The position numbers and the translations under genes were made by a program. Below are positions 48,337 to 62,049 of a stretch of DNA of 64,000 nt, in pieces (position 1 is the first letter of the stretch; each line of letters begins with the position of its first letter). The notes under the pieces are model-generated. The model made no database searches, was not told the DNA's origin, and was given only the letters and a program-made list of their open reading frames with translations. Source of the stretch: Octopus vulgaris (Eukaryota); the NCBI GenBank assembly GCA_951406725.2, contig OX597819.1, positions 124,124,001 through 124,188,000 of the forward strand, given 5' to 3'.

Positions 48337-48407
48337 AATGAGGAGAAAATGGAGTCATAATTAATAAAAATTATTTATTAATTGTAAACTATGACAACAT
48401 CTCTGAC

Positions 48408-48443
<36 letters not shown>

Positions 48444-49663
48444 TGGATATATCACTACAAGCACTACACATGCTTGTAGTGATAAATTACATGGTTATTG
48501 GCGTTGTGTCTATTTTCGGCATATTTTGGCATTAGAAATTTTTTCTTTTGCTCTTACTTATAAATATATATCATGGATATATATGTTACCATATATATAT
48601 ATATATATATCATAAATATATGTATATATCATAGATATATGAAATTTGATTTAGTATTTCTAAATTGAATTTTTCCCTTCAAGTTAAGAATAATATTCCC
48701 TCAAATAATTAATATATATACAAATAAACAGATACATACATATATAATCCAAACAAGAAAGCACAAAAAAACACAACAACGCGAGGACGTGGAACGAATA
48801 TAGTATTATTGGACGCTCAGGAAAGAAGGAGGGTTTAACGTTTCGAGCGAAGCACTTCGTTGGAAACATAGGAGAAGGAAAGATCCAGAGAAGGAAAGAC
48901 AGAGGAAAACAATCGCCAACGGTACACATGAGGTCACATTTTGAATATACATGTATATATATTACTGCTCAAATTCTACAGCTCACATAGAAACCCTATG
49001 CCACAAGAGGATATGTTATCATTTTCAATGACCCAGATCTTTCATTCTTTGCAGTGTTTACAGACAAGATGCATTTCAACATGCCACTCAGTGAATTTCT
49101 GCCTTCATTTTACATTCTTAAATGAAAGACAAATAATGAAATATTAATATTCTATTATCAACAGAAACAGCTAAACGATAGATTAAGTGGTTCAAGTAAT
49201 TACATGTCTTTTATTTCCCCAATTAAAAATCCTATCACTGCCAACTTCAGCTTTATCATTTAGAGACCGATCAAATTAATTACCAGCCATATACTATAAT
49301 CAACTACACAATTTTTCCATTATTTGTGACCTTGTACTGAACTTACAATCAGCACTGAAACTATTATATGTACATATTCGTCATCAACACTCTACTACTG
49401 CTACTAATAGCTGTTGGGGACCCTTTCAGCCCTGCCTTAGGTTCGAACTTGAATCTCAAAAACATTGTCCCCTTACATTTCATTCTCCTTTGCTTCTCAT
49501 GACAGGGAAATAAAACTTACTGCTCACTACGGGGACAATGGAAGATGGTAAGAGACAGTAACCAGATGCTACCTTGTCGAATGTAATATATTGTCATCCA
49601 TTACACCTCTAACCTTACTAGCACTTGGAGAGCTGAAACAACCCCACATCACTATAACACCTG

Positions 49664-49966
49664 TGAAGATACATGGCCTAGTGGTTAGAGCAGTGGACTC
49701 GCAGTCGAGGGATAGCGGGTTCAAATCTCAGACCGGGTGATGTGTGTGTTTATGAGCGAAACACCTAAGCTCCACGCGGCTCCAGCAGAAGGTAATGGCG
49801 AACTTCTGCTGACTCTTTCACCACAACTTTCTCTCACTCTTTCCTCCTGCATCTTGCAGCTCGCCTGCGACGGACCAGCGTCCCATCTAGGAAACCGGGA
49901 CACGCCAAGGAAACCGGGACACCGGCCCTTATGAACCAGGCATGGCTCGAGAAGGAACAAACAACA
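49664..49966 (+). mobile_element. SINE family C, third tail type
   Basis: tggcctagtggttagagc...ggttcaaatctc; shared acaactttctctcactctttc. Confidence 0.78.
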
Positions 49967-50249
49967 GCTATAACACCACTGATATCTTCATCCTTCTACC
50001 TGTCTGATTTCTTATAAATACGACAGAGCAGCCATGCATTGACAAACAACACCCAAAATTAATGTCAAGGCAAACAACATCCACAACATCCGGAACGCAA
50101 CTCATAACCACTTTCTCCTTTGCTCTTACAATTTCTCTCACCTTGCCTTTCACAACATTGCTCTATCAAAGTAAAACCCATTCATTCATTCTGCTGAATT
50201 CAGTACATAACCTTTTTCATTTGTAAACTGGATCAAGTGCCTGTTCATA

Positions 50250-50600
50250 AATTGCTTGAAGACAGAGTGCATGGTGGTGACAAGGAAGAGAAGCCCAAAG
50301 TGCATGCTGAAAGTGGAACCATCAAATTAAGCAGACATCATCCTTCAATTAACTTGGAACTTTGACCACGAAAGATGCAAGATGTGTGAAGGAGATCAAA
50401 AGACAAAAAAAGGCTGGCAAAATCTGCACTCTCAAAATTATATAACTTCTTGGGGAAACCATTCTCTAAGCATCAAGACCAGGATCTGTATATTGGACTT
50501 CTCTGTCTACTTTGTGTTAATATACGGAAGTAAGGTATGATCTACAACATCAGGAATAAAGAAGTTCTTAAGGAGAATACTGATGTAACATGTAGCCATT
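50250..50600 (+). mobile_element. Old RTE-like RT fragment
   Basis: Degenerate LG..T..RC.KEIKR..LAKSA..KL..IKTRI..YGS pattern. Confidence 0.4.
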
Positions 50601-51557
50601 TTCAAACAGTAGCGCCAATTTGTGGTAGCTGGCAATATGACGTAATGTCGTATTGCCGAAGAAATAGGATTGTCATTTTCCCATTGGTTGATATAACTGC
50701 TCATATAGGAATTCTAAGAATTAGTTAAAGAATATATTTATGTGATTTCGATTCTTTAAAGTCAAGTTGAGCAGTTATAAAAACCCTGGATTTTAGGAAA
50801 AACTTCAGTGTTTGTGGGATGTAACTTAACTCCACGACACTCACTCCTTTGAGACATTGGTTATTTTTTTATGCCATGTCTATGAAAAATCCAACGAGAC
50901 TTGTTTGAATTGTTGAGATCTATAATAGAGGAATTAGTTAGCTAAAATATTAAGTTGTAATTCTCTACGACAAAATTACTTTACTTCAAATTGTATTATA
51001 AATATTAAAAATGCTATATGTACATAATAAAATAATGTAGAAATTATTTTCTCTTTCTTCACATTCTTCGACTTATTAATGAAATGTATTTCTGTAATTA
51101 TGAAACTATATTTTTTTATAGCAGTTAAAAGAACACGAAATTATTTATATTCAACATAGATGTACGCTTAATGTCCGTTAGCGTTCCAGAAAATATATTT
51201 CTTGCTAAGGTGTTTATGTAGCTGGAGTCAGGATTTACGTATAATGGTAACACTTATAAGTAAGTTATAAGTGACGGTTTTATCATTATATATCCCTACT
51301 TAAAAAGCTAAATATATTTATCTATTCCAAAAAGGAAACATAATAAAGTGGCATTACACTAACAGTAAACAAACCAACCAGAAAACATCCGCTATATAAG
51401 AAAAACAGGTAAAGTTCCCAGCTCATCTGGCACCAGAAGGTAATACAAGTTAGTCTGTACTTCCATGAAGGTATATTTTTCTAGTCATTATTCTTCTATC
51501 TACTGTTTCATTCTATACACTGAATTCTCTGTCTGGAACTTTCCTACATCCACACCT

Positions 51558-51623
51558 TGTCTCTGATGACAAAATACCTAGTGCATGGACACGCTGACCC
51601 ATCCCAGAAACAGGTGTAAGATA
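51558..51623 (+). ncRNA. Type I hammerhead ribozyme-like remnant
   Basis: TGTCT-CTGATGA...GAAAC-AGGT-GTA-AGATA: intact core, stem I and short stem III; stem II poorly paired. Confidence 0.4.
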
Positions 51624-51656
51624 TTAATTATTTCTACTTCTTTTTCGATTCACCTT

Positions 51657-52062
51657 CATCATCATCATCATCGTTTAACGCCCACCTTCCATGCTAGCAT
51701 GGGTTGGACAGTTTGACTGAGGGCTGGCGAACCAGATGGCTGCACCAGGCTCCAGTCTTGATTTGGCAGAGTTTCTACAGCTGGATGCCCTTCCTAACGC
51801 CAACCACTCCGAGAGTGTAGTGGGTGCTTTTACGTGCCACCGGCACGGGGCCAGTCAGGCAGTACTGGCAACGACCTCGCTTGAATCTTTTTACACATGC
51901 CACCAGCACAGGTGCCAGCAAGGCGACGTTGGTAACAATCCCGCTCGAATGGTGTCTCTTACATGCCAGCAGCATGGAAGCCAGTTAGCCGCTCTAGCAA
52001 CAATCATGCTTGGATAGTGCTCTTAGCACCCTACTAGCACAGGCACAAGTGCCAGTAAGGCA
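51657..52062 (-). mobile_element. RTE 3'-end element, subfamily I
   Basis: (cat)n tail, core, divergent array units. Confidence 0.85.
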
Positions 52063-52357
52063 AAGCTTACTCTAATTAAATATTCTAAATGACCTGAGAT
52101 GCTCATCCTGCCTTGGTTTTGTTTTCCTTTTCCTTTAATATATACCTGCTGACTTGGAAGCCTACGACAGATCCCTAGCTCCAGCCACAGCTGCAAACTT
52201 GACCTAATGCATGACCAATTACAGCACTTATGCAGCATACCTATTCATTTACATCATCAGTGAACTAAACCCCTCATGTTCTACATATTCATTTGTTTTG
52301 CATATTTTGTTTTAATTACTTGTATTTGAATTTTCTAGTAATGATATATTATAATGC

Positions 52358-52582
52358 TAGCTGGCAGAAACGTTAGCGCACCGGGCAAAATGCGTAGCCG
52401 TATTTCGTCTGCCGTTATATTCTGAGTTCAAATTCCGCCGAGGTCGACTTTGCCTTTCATCCTTTCGGGGTCGATAAATAAAGTACCAGTTTCGCACTGG
52501 GGTCGATATAATCGATTTAATCCGTTTGTCTGTCTTTGTTTGTCCCCTCTGTGTTTAGCCCCTTGTGGGTAGTAAAGAAATA
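52358..52582 (+). mobile_element. SINE family A
   Basis: Single well-preserved copy. Confidence 0.8.
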
Positions 52583-52840
52583 TATAATGCTATTAACATC
52601 TTTATATCCAAAAAACTATTTCAAAAACCTCAACTGGCATTTTTGATTTGTAATGTAATTAAGATATAACATTATATAAGAAATAAATTAGTGCTCATTT
52701 TTACTAATCTAACAGTTTAGTAGACTTAAATTATCATGTACAAATAATTTCCATATCTACAAAATCTGATCACTATTTCTCTTCTATTTTCAGAAAATAT
52801 TAATAGAAGTTTAATATTTCCAGTTACAGATAAAATGACA

Positions 52841-53150
52841 GGAGGAATTACAACCATGTTTCGTGGTCTGCTACCACAACAGCTCCTTTATAGGATCCAG
52901 TTAGCTCGAGACATTATCAGGAGGAACCATGTCCGGTTTCGGCCCCTACTCCTCAACTGTTTTGATGTGGCAGGGCCCCCTCTTTCGGAGGTGTCTTCAG
53001 CTCTGGTGTTGAGAGCATGTCTTCTTTCTTCTGTTCCCTTGCCTCTTCGATGTATCGTCAGCGAGTGTCAGCCGGTGACTGACTGACTTGTCAAATTTTT
53101 CCCTTTAAATACCTGCTGCTAGGCTCCAGCAGGCAGCCCCAGCAAGTTGT
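52841..53150. repeat. Unclassified ~310-bp interspersed repeat, copy 2
   Basis: Highly similar to 41733-42050. Confidence 0.8.
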
Positions 53151-53654
53151 CACATGACACTGTCTCACCTTAACTGACTAGTGAAGGCGTGTAGTCTTAG
53201 CCTGTACATTCTCTAAACGACTGTCACCTGTCAGTCAGCGAAGCTAATTCAGTGTCAGCTTGTCTCACCTAGTGATGTTATTTCCCCCTGGCATGTTATG
53301 ACTTTCAAGCCATTTTTGCATGAACTCAGCACAAAAATCATTAGAAACAATAATTGACAATTGTTTTCTTATTTATCAGCCACTTTCTTTGTGTGTTAAC
53401 TGTTAAAACTCACCATGAATTTGTCCTCATAAAAACCTTCTTACTCATCCATAAAGCAAGGTGAGTCAACAAATAGGAAATGGGTGAGGGTTAGCTCAGG
53501 AAAATTTGTGGGGTTTGGTATTTTTCTTTTCCTTACCTTAATATTATTGAAGATTTAATAAACAAAACAACCAAACCTGTAGAGTTTAGGAAACACTAGA
53601 AAGAAGTAAAATAGAAAACAATGGGCTATATTACTTCATTGTTTTATACAATAA

Positions 53655-54022
53655 CTAGCACTATGACCCGGCAATGCCAGGTCATAGTGCTAGTGCATGC
53701 ATATACAGCTGTGTGCGTGCGCACATACACGCGAGTACTGTCCAAATCTCCGACCAATCACATACAGCTAGCTGGCATTCAATTGGCGTATCAAGTTTCG
53801 GGCATTTTGATTGGGTTTTGGATAGAAAATTCACAAAAAAGTCACTTCTATTGATTTTTTAATGGCTTTGCGGGGTGACTGGGGAAAAGTAAAGATGTGC
53901 ACGACCACCCTTGGACGGTTTTGAATGACCATAGAAAGTGCGAGTCCTCTAACTGAAAAATTGTGGATTTGTATAAAGGACACACATACACACAGACATT
54001 TTGCCGTTTATATATAGAGAGA
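53655..54022 (-). mobile_element. Non-autonomous Helitron
   Basis: Same family. Confidence 0.82.
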
Positions 54023-54379
54023 TGTAGTGCATATTTATTCATTAACACAACCTCAATAACTATTTCTTTTAATGCAGTTTATTCAAGCATAGATTAGTCA
54101 CACCTGTATCATATCAACAATACAGAAATGTAACACTTGTGTGCAAGTGTGTGTGAATAAATAGAAAAGTCTATATTTCAATAGTTATTATATAACTTAT
54201 TACTAGTTTAAAAGATTAGTCTAGATTAGAAACTGTCTCTTTTGTGCTTGAATTTGCACCATACTAACATACATATTGGTGGTAGTCATGGCTGGCCAAA
54301 TTATCAGTCACTCATAACCTGTATTTGGTGCTAAATATAGGATATGACTAACTACCTCAGAACATTATTTCTCATAGTC

Positions 54380-55540
54380 AGCTCCACACAGATCACAAAT
54401 TCGTGACCTGTACGCTCGACTTAGATAAGAATCATAGGCAGGGTCCTGGATACTGGAAACTGAACGCATCACTCCTGGTGCGACAGGCTTGCAGAGACTG
54501 CGTTAGCATGTTAGTTAGGAGGGTACTGACAGGAGCCATCATCAACAACCACTGGTGGTTTGCCCTAAAGAAGGCAATTAGAGCACAGTCGATTAGGTAT
54601 AGCAAAGATTTAGCAATAGGTCAAAATAGAGTAGAGGGAGACCTAGTTAAGAAATTAGAAGGGGCACTTAGAAGTGGTCTAAGTGATGCGACCAACATGC
54701 TGGCGATGAGGTTAGCCCTTGACCAACATTTCAATGCCAAACACAAAGGTTACATTGTCAGAGCTAGGATGCATGCCCTAAGAAACAAGGGAATAAAGTC
54801 GCACAAGAGGGCCAAGTGGCAGAGGCACAACATAGCAACAAAGTGACCATTCAGTCTCTGATAGATCAACAGGGGTACGATTTACTCGAACCTGAAAGGA
54901 TGTGTGAGGCCTTTCAGTAGCACTTTGCCCAATTGTTCAGGACAAGTAGTGGGTCAGAACATAGGATAGACTTTAGTGCCTGCCTGCACGGCTTGTCACA
55001 ACTTTCGGCAAGATAGTCAGAGTGTTGTAAAGGTCCCATCCCAGCCACCGATGTACAGAATGCAATGGCAAGCTGTGCAAGAGACAAGTCGCCAGGCTTG
55101 GACAGTCTGCCCTACGAGTTTTATTGTCATATGCCAGGCTTGTTTGGAGATCTCTTGGCATCAGTCTACTGCAACTGGCAGCAAAGCAGGAGTATCCCCA
55201 GTTTTGTGAGCTGAGGAGTGGTGACAGTGCAAAAGAAAGACCCAAACAAGAGGAATGTTATAGATAATTTCCAGCTTGACACTCTGCTCAACGCAGATTT
55301 GAAAATTTGGGCCAAAGGGCTAGCTGAGAGGTTGGCGCTTGTCATCGAGAAACTAGTTGACAAGGTGCAAACATGCACCATGCTGCGCTGAACTATCCAT
55401 GACAACCTCCACCACATGCGCTACATCATGGATAGGGTAGTTAAGGAATCTGGCATAGGTGGAGTGCTGATCAATCAAAAGCCTTCGACAGGGCCGACCA
55501 TTGATACTTGGTGACTGTCCTCAAGGTGGCTAGTTTCTCC
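54380..55540 (+). mobile_element. L1/Tx1-type LINE ORF2 fragment (APE end to RT start), degenerate
   Basis: TDHK..GPGYWKLNASLL, KSPGLDSLPYEFY, TLLNADLKI, TIHDNL and KAFDR motifs. Confidence 0.85.
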
Positions 55541-55775
55541 CCTTTTTGGGAATTCAAATTGTTGAAAAAAAAGTCATCTTGTTATCTATTAGTGTACACA
55601 CCATGTAGCTAAATAAAGAAATCTATTTCTACTCATCTCATTAATGTTCCTTACATCAGATATATTAATACTAACTTAGGATTTTTTCTTTACTTTTGGG
55701 ATAGAATCTTTGATTTAGCTAATTTCTAAACAAGTCTATTTCCCTATACCAAAGAAAAAAAATACAATCTAAGTA

Positions 55776-55946
55776 GGCGCAGGAGTGGCTGTGTGGTAAG
55801 TAGCTTGCTAACCAACCACATGGTTCCAGGTTCAGTCCCACTGCGTGGCATCTTGGGCAAGTGTCTTCTGCTATAGCCCTGGGCCGACCAATGCCTTGTG
55901 AGTGGATTTGGTAGACGGAAACTGAAAGAAGCCTGTCATATATATG

Positions 55947-55982
<36 letters not shown>

Positions 55983-56191
55983 CTTGTGTTTGTCCCCTTA
56001 GCATTGCTTGACAACAGATGCTGGTGTGTTTACGTCCCCGTCACCTAGCGGTTCGGCAAAAGAGACCGATAGAATAAGTACTGGGCTTACAAAGAATAAG
56101 TCCCAGGGTCGATTTGCTCGACTAAAGGCGGTGCTCCAGCATGACCGCAGTCAAATGACTGAAACAAGTAAAAGAGTAAGAGTAAAAGAGT
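55776..56191 (+). mobile_element. SINE family B, full length
   Basis: ggcgcaggagtggctgtgtggtaag...gaaacaagtaaaagagtaagag. Confidence 0.87.
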
Positions 56192-56344
56192 AATCCTGTG
56201 CATTTACTTCATTTCCTCACTCATTCAGACAGCTTTGTTTCTTCCGTATTTAACATGGACTTTACAGTTACACTTATTTTTCACAGTCAATACATGGTAA
56301 TTTTCACTACATCTCATTTACATCCTATGCCCATACTAATCAGC

Positions 56345-56700
56345 TGGTTGTAAGAAGTTAGCTTTTCGACTGCATGGTTCCAGGTTCAGTCCCACTGCAT
56401 GACACCTTTGGCAGTGTCTTCTACTATAGCCTGGGCCGATCAAAGCCTTGTGAGAGGATTTCATAGACGGAAACTGAAAGAAGCCCATATGTGTGTGTGT
56501 GTGTGTTGTGTTTTAGTCTTCGTGTCTATGTTTGTCCCACCACCACCACTTGACAACCAGTGTTGGTGTGTTTACATCCTCGTAACTTAGAAGTTCGGTA
56601 AAAGAGAATGATAGAATAAGTACAAGGGTTAATATAAATATGTACTGGGTCAATGTTTGGCGGTACCCTGGCATGGTCTCAGTTTAATGACTGAAACAGG
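56345..56700 (+). mobile_element. SINE family B, older copy
   Basis: Degenerate homology to the adjacent copy. Confidence 0.75.
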
Positions 56701-56713
56701 TAAATTATATACA

Positions 56714-59640
56714 CTAGCAGAAAACCTGCCCTCTAAGCAGTTTTCTGCTAGCATATGTATTGCGCATATTGATATAATTAAATATAGATATGATACATAA
56801 ATTATAAAGTAAATTGACAATGTGCACGTGAATTGAACCAAGACTTTCTAACGATTTATTCTGTAATCAGTAAAATAATCTATGATACATTTAGAAAAGA
56901 CAATAATAACAATTGGAAAAGTGTTGAGACTGTCAAGGGGAAAATGTTCCTGAATCTTCACTTGAGTGAATTTGAAAATAGATCCCGTGGTGGGAATTAA
57001 TAAATCACTTTTACCAATATGAAGAGTTGAGTTTTGCTTTATTGTTGTTTTACTATATTCACTTATAGACTTAAGTGTTTCTAGTGTCCATTTCCTAGCA
57101 GTTAAAAAAAAGACTTAAATACATTTCAATTAAAAGTGAGTAATGAATGTTTAACATCACTATAGAATTTCTTTGTCAGCAAATGAACCCTTTTCATTTA
57201 TCTAGGTTAATATTTTTATAACTTCTTTTCTCGACGCTCTTGATAATGCAGCATACATCTGACGATGTGTGAAGAATCGTGTTGGTAGATATACACCTAT
57301 CTTTTCAAATGCCTACCCTTGTGCTTTGTTGCATGTAAGGGCAAAGGCTGGTTTGACAGGAAATTGCTTGTGAGTAAAGGAGACAGGGAACTCAAGCTCT
57401 TGAGATGTATGAGGTATCCTGGGGATAAGCAGCCTGGTTCCAGCATTGGGCCCCAAAGCCACTTCAGCTTCAATCACATGATAATGATATAGCGCGTACC
57501 ATTAAGATATTCATTTAGAGGATCCTGATTTCTCAGAAGCAGTGGCACGTAAAAGGGCACCATTCGAGCATGATCGTTACCAACATTGCCTTACTGGTAC
57601 CTGTGTTGGTAGCATGTGTAAAAGGATTCAAGCGAGGTCATTGCCAGTACCGCCTGACTGGCCCCATGCCGGTGGCACATAAAAGACACCCACTACACTT
57701 TCGGAGTGGTTGGCGTTAGGAAGGGCATCCAGCTGTAGAAACTCTGCCAGATCAAGATTGGGGCCTGGTGCGGCCATCTGGTTCGCCAGCCCTCAGTCAA
57801 AATCGTCAAACCCATGCTAGCATGGAAAGCAGACGTTAAACGATGATGATGAAGATACAAATGCCTTTCTTTAGTTTAAGAATGTAAGCTGGGAAGCCCG
57901 ATGGGATAAGTTTGTTGATCAACTCAAGAGGATATTGCAGTTCATTATCTATTGTATCAGAGCTTTTGTAGACTCTTTCATGACCAGGGAACTTGTTAAA
58001 CATGAATTCACTGACCAATCTTACTGCTTCATTTGTTGGAGTGATAATGGCTCTATTTGCAAGCCGTAGTAGGTTTGAGTAGTTTCATCGAAAATTGGTA
58101 TATACAATATCACACAGTCCAGACAGATCACCATATTACAGACAAAATTCATTTGGCAGAGAAATAGTGAATAGTCAGTACAGTTGGAATGTTACCGTTT
58201 CCTATATCAAGAAGATAGTTTGAAAACTGTCTTTCATCATCTTCCCCTGCATTAAATAAACGTTGATTGGATATCATCTCCACTGTTTCTACATAGTCCC
58301 AGAGATAAGATCTCTTGATGGTTGCCTCAACTACTTGTGGTCTAGCACCATGACACACAACAAGAAGAATTTGCTTCCAGTCACCAGACAATAATACTGT
58401 TAGACCACCAAATGGCTTTTTCCAATCTCAAACATCTTGCAAGCCCCTATCAAGGCATTTGAAGATGTGTTTATGTTCCATACTTATCTCATCAATAATT
58501 AGCAGTTCAGCTTGTTGCATTAGTTTACCTGTGATATCCCTCTTTGTGAAGGTGCAAATTGATTCAGCAATCACATTGATAGGAATCTTGCATTTGGAAT
58601 GAAGAGTTCTACCTGTGAAATGGCTGCTATTCTAGAAAAGGCAGTTGCAAGTGCAATCTTTTTATTGAGATCAAATGTAATCCAGTATGATGTTGATGAT
58701 GTAGATTTTTCCTGTACCTGTATGTAGTTGCATTCAAACAGAAAATTCTACCTTCATTTTTATTTTCTGAGGTGATGACTTTGTGGAAAACAACCATTTG
58801 CTCAGGATACAATATTGGCAAAACTTCATTTATGTTTGCTTGCAGTTGTTGTGCATTGAAACCAGTTTCTCCCATAAGAACCCTATTGAGTTCTGGTGTG
58901 GTAACAATAGTTGGGTCTGGCCAAGGAAATCCACAGTTGACATGGATGTCCAAGCCCTCATTTTGAAGGCTTTGATGGATCTTCTGTAGAACAATCTGCA
59001 TGCTTTGCTCTGATATGACTTGCTCGTGACGTTCATGAATGATATCCTCAGCAAGACAATTCTTCCATTTCACCCAGAACTGCAGACGACCATTTGGCAT
59101 GCAGTACACTAAGATGGTTCAGAAGATCTCTCGCTGCTGATGTCCAAATGTAATGGATGAAGCCTCTTCCATAGCTTTGTCTTTCTCTCCATCTTCATCC
59201 AACAGACCTAGTTTCCTACATGCCTCTTGGAATGTTGGAAATTCGATTCCATCAATTGTCCTCAAATCTTTGTATGAAGTTGACCTAGCCTTGTGATCTA
59301 AGATCATTGTTAGGTAATACAGCTCAGAGATATTGCTGGAATGCGTCCAAGAGATTCACTCAAATTGTTCATCACCATCCCGATGCCCCTTTTTGTTTAC
59401 CCAATTGAAATATTTTGGTATATTAATATACAATATGTTTTTTGACAGTGGATCTCTAATATTCAGCTGGAAATATTCAGTCAGCTTAGTCACTGGCTGT
59501 CCTCTAGAAACATTTTCTTCCCATCCTTGCTGATACACTACCATTAATTCCCCAGGTAAATGGCAAGGCAGCTTTTCAACTGAAGGTTTGCGATGATGTA
59601 ACAGAACAGAAATTTATAAATTCTCCAGAATGTTTCATTG
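56714..59640 (-). mobile_element. Decayed autonomous Helitron: RepHel C-terminal half (PIF1-like helicase) and 3' terminus
   Basis: Motifs in order: KLPCHLPG, TKLTEYFQLN..LYINIPKYFNW, SYKDLRTIDG..TFQEACRKLGLL, GTGK, GRTLHS, LLIIDEISM, PFGG, GDWKQILL, PSGFP..LKLKKG, KQFPVKPAFALTCNKAQG, FTH.QMYAALSR; ends in hairpin-CTAG|T at 56714. Confidence 0.92.
57537..57852 (+). mobile_element. RTE 3'-end element, subfamily I, inserted in the Helitron helicase
   Basis: Interrupts the helicase between LKLKKG and the LLRN motif. Confidence 0.85.
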
Positions 59641-59683
59641 TGGCTTTGTTCAAGTCAGAAATCAATGTTTAAGAAAAAAATAT

Positions 59684-59876
59684 CTGCCGGTGGCACGTAA
59701 AAAGCACTCACTACACTCACGGAGTGGTTGGCATTAGGAAGGGCATCCAGCTGTAGAAACTCTGCCAAATCAAGACTGGAGCCTGGTGCAGCCATCTGGT
59801 TTGCCAGCCCTCAGTCAAAATCGTCCAACCCATGCTAGCATGGAAAGCGGACGTTAAACGATGATGATGATGATGA
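59684..59876 (+). mobile_element. RTE 3'-end element, subfamily I
   Basis: Core and (gat)n tail. Confidence 0.85.
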
Positions 59877-62049
59877 ACCTTTACGTTTTTTGATGATAGA
59901 TGGTTTGTATTTAATAATTTCCTATACAACTTCAAAACATTTTTTAGCTTTAGTAATAATTTCTTCCAATTAAAACTGGTTACATTAACAAATATTTATT
60001 TGATACAAAATATAATACTGCTCTAATGAAGCAGAAATGGTCTTTCGATACAACTCCATGGTAGTCATCACCTTTTTAAGCCTTTTCCTTCATTATTCTA
60101 ACTTGGTACATTGCGCTTAGGGTCACAAATGAAATTATATTAAAAATGAAATATGAAAAATTCTTTATTCTTTTAATGTATAACCAACATATTAACTCCT
60201 ATTGCTCTTAGGACTCCTTAATTTCCTGTCAACAATTTTCTTTCTCATACATGTACACACATGTACAACTGCAGTTTTTAGAGAAAACCCGTATAGAACA
60301 CCTTTGTCCCCCATTTCTCGCTTTGTAAAGAAGCTCTGGGCAAAAAATTATAGAGCATGACCACTCTTTGCACATAAGTAATGCGTGTGTAACGTTTGGT
60401 GAAAATTGGTTGGAAACTAGAAATGCATATGTATTACACATATAGACAGCCTTTGTTTTATATATCTAGAAGATAACCTCTAGCTTAGAAAGAGTGTTTT
60501 GGGTTATCTAAACAATTTTTTTCTTAAAAAGCATTCATATCCAGATACCAAACTGAATTCTAGTACCAAAAATATTTAAGGTAACATTTTATTTGTTGTT
60601 TTAAGTCAGTTTTGTTGATACTTTACATGGGATATTTTTTTAATTAATTTTACTGTTGAGAGGAACTTACCAGTTAAACAAACTATGGAAAAGCAAAGTA
60701 TGAACCCATGATCATGGTCAGTAGTATGAACCCATGGTTAGTAGTCCAGCATCTTTTAATTTTAACACTTGTGCTTCAAAAGCATTAAAAAAACTGCAAG
60801 TTACTTCAAAATTTAACAATATAAAAATAAGTGTCTTCAGAAATGACTGCAAATGCATTTTCTATCCAATTTTCAAATAATCTTGAGTTCAAATCTGTGC
60901 TGGAATCAACTACACTTTTCATTCCTCAGTGATCAATAAAATATATACCAATTCTATTGAATATATTCTTCCTTTAGAAAACTGGCCGAATGACTAGTCA
61001 AAAGAAACCATTGTGTGTGCATGTGGGGAGAGAGAAAAGTCATACAGACAGACAGATATTCTTCCATTATGTTACCAAAATATAAACTCATGCCACCCTT
61101 AGTGTCACTTCTTATACATTTCCTATCATTAATATAACTATCATAGTAAACACTAAAATTTAATTCTTTCATAGCTACATAAGCACACCCCAAAAATTTT
61201 TGTTTTATTTACAACCAGAAACGTTTATTGATTTTGGTAGGCAGGCATGAATCCTAATTAATTCAACAGTTGCCAAGGAGATATGAAAGTATAAATAGTC
61301 CCAGTATATGGGTGTACAAAGAGGAATATGTTTTTCATTTCAAAGGGAAAGAGCAGAACTCCATGGGGTTCTGATGACTTGAGAAATGGGTAATTATGTC
61401 AAGGAACATAATATTTTGTTTCAGTCAGGAAAGTAAGTTGATATAAATGACAATAATAGCAAATCATAAAACATCAGATGTTTTATAGACTATCCACATT
61501 CTGAAATCTAAACAGTATTGATTTCATCATTCATTACCCAAGGGGGATCAATAAAAGAAACTACCAATGTACTTGGGGGTAATTCACAATCAACTGTACC
61601 TCTAGAAAAAGGTGACTCTGTGCAGAGTCAAAATAAATCAATAGTTAATATAAGTTTTGTTTATATTTGGAAGGTTGCCTAAATAAATTGAATCTATTTC
61701 CATAAACCCACTCAGAAGTTCATGGATTTTGATCCTTACTATAAACCCCATCCAGTATAGATGTGAAAGGAAGAGAAATTAGTAACATATGTAGAGACAG
61801 AGAAAAACCTAGAGCAAACTCATTCAGAGTAGCACCGAATATTGTTAAAATTGGACCAGGGAATGATTTTGTCTATCAGCATATCACTCTCATAGCTGCA
61901 ATCTAAAATTGTTGATATTCACATTTTCTTTTCAACATTGAATTTTTGTATGTATGTTTCTCAAAAATATATATATGCATTACATATCTCAGATTTTTCA
62001 ATTAATGTCTCCGTTTATTTTTATATCTTATATATAATAAATACAAATA

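Noticed and set aside
47166-48360. Six ORFs of 350-386 aa (also similar ORFs at 22.6-23.0 and 30.8-31.8 kb)
   Set aside because: Translations of stop-free TA/CA microsatellites (Y/I/H/T or M/Y/V/C only).
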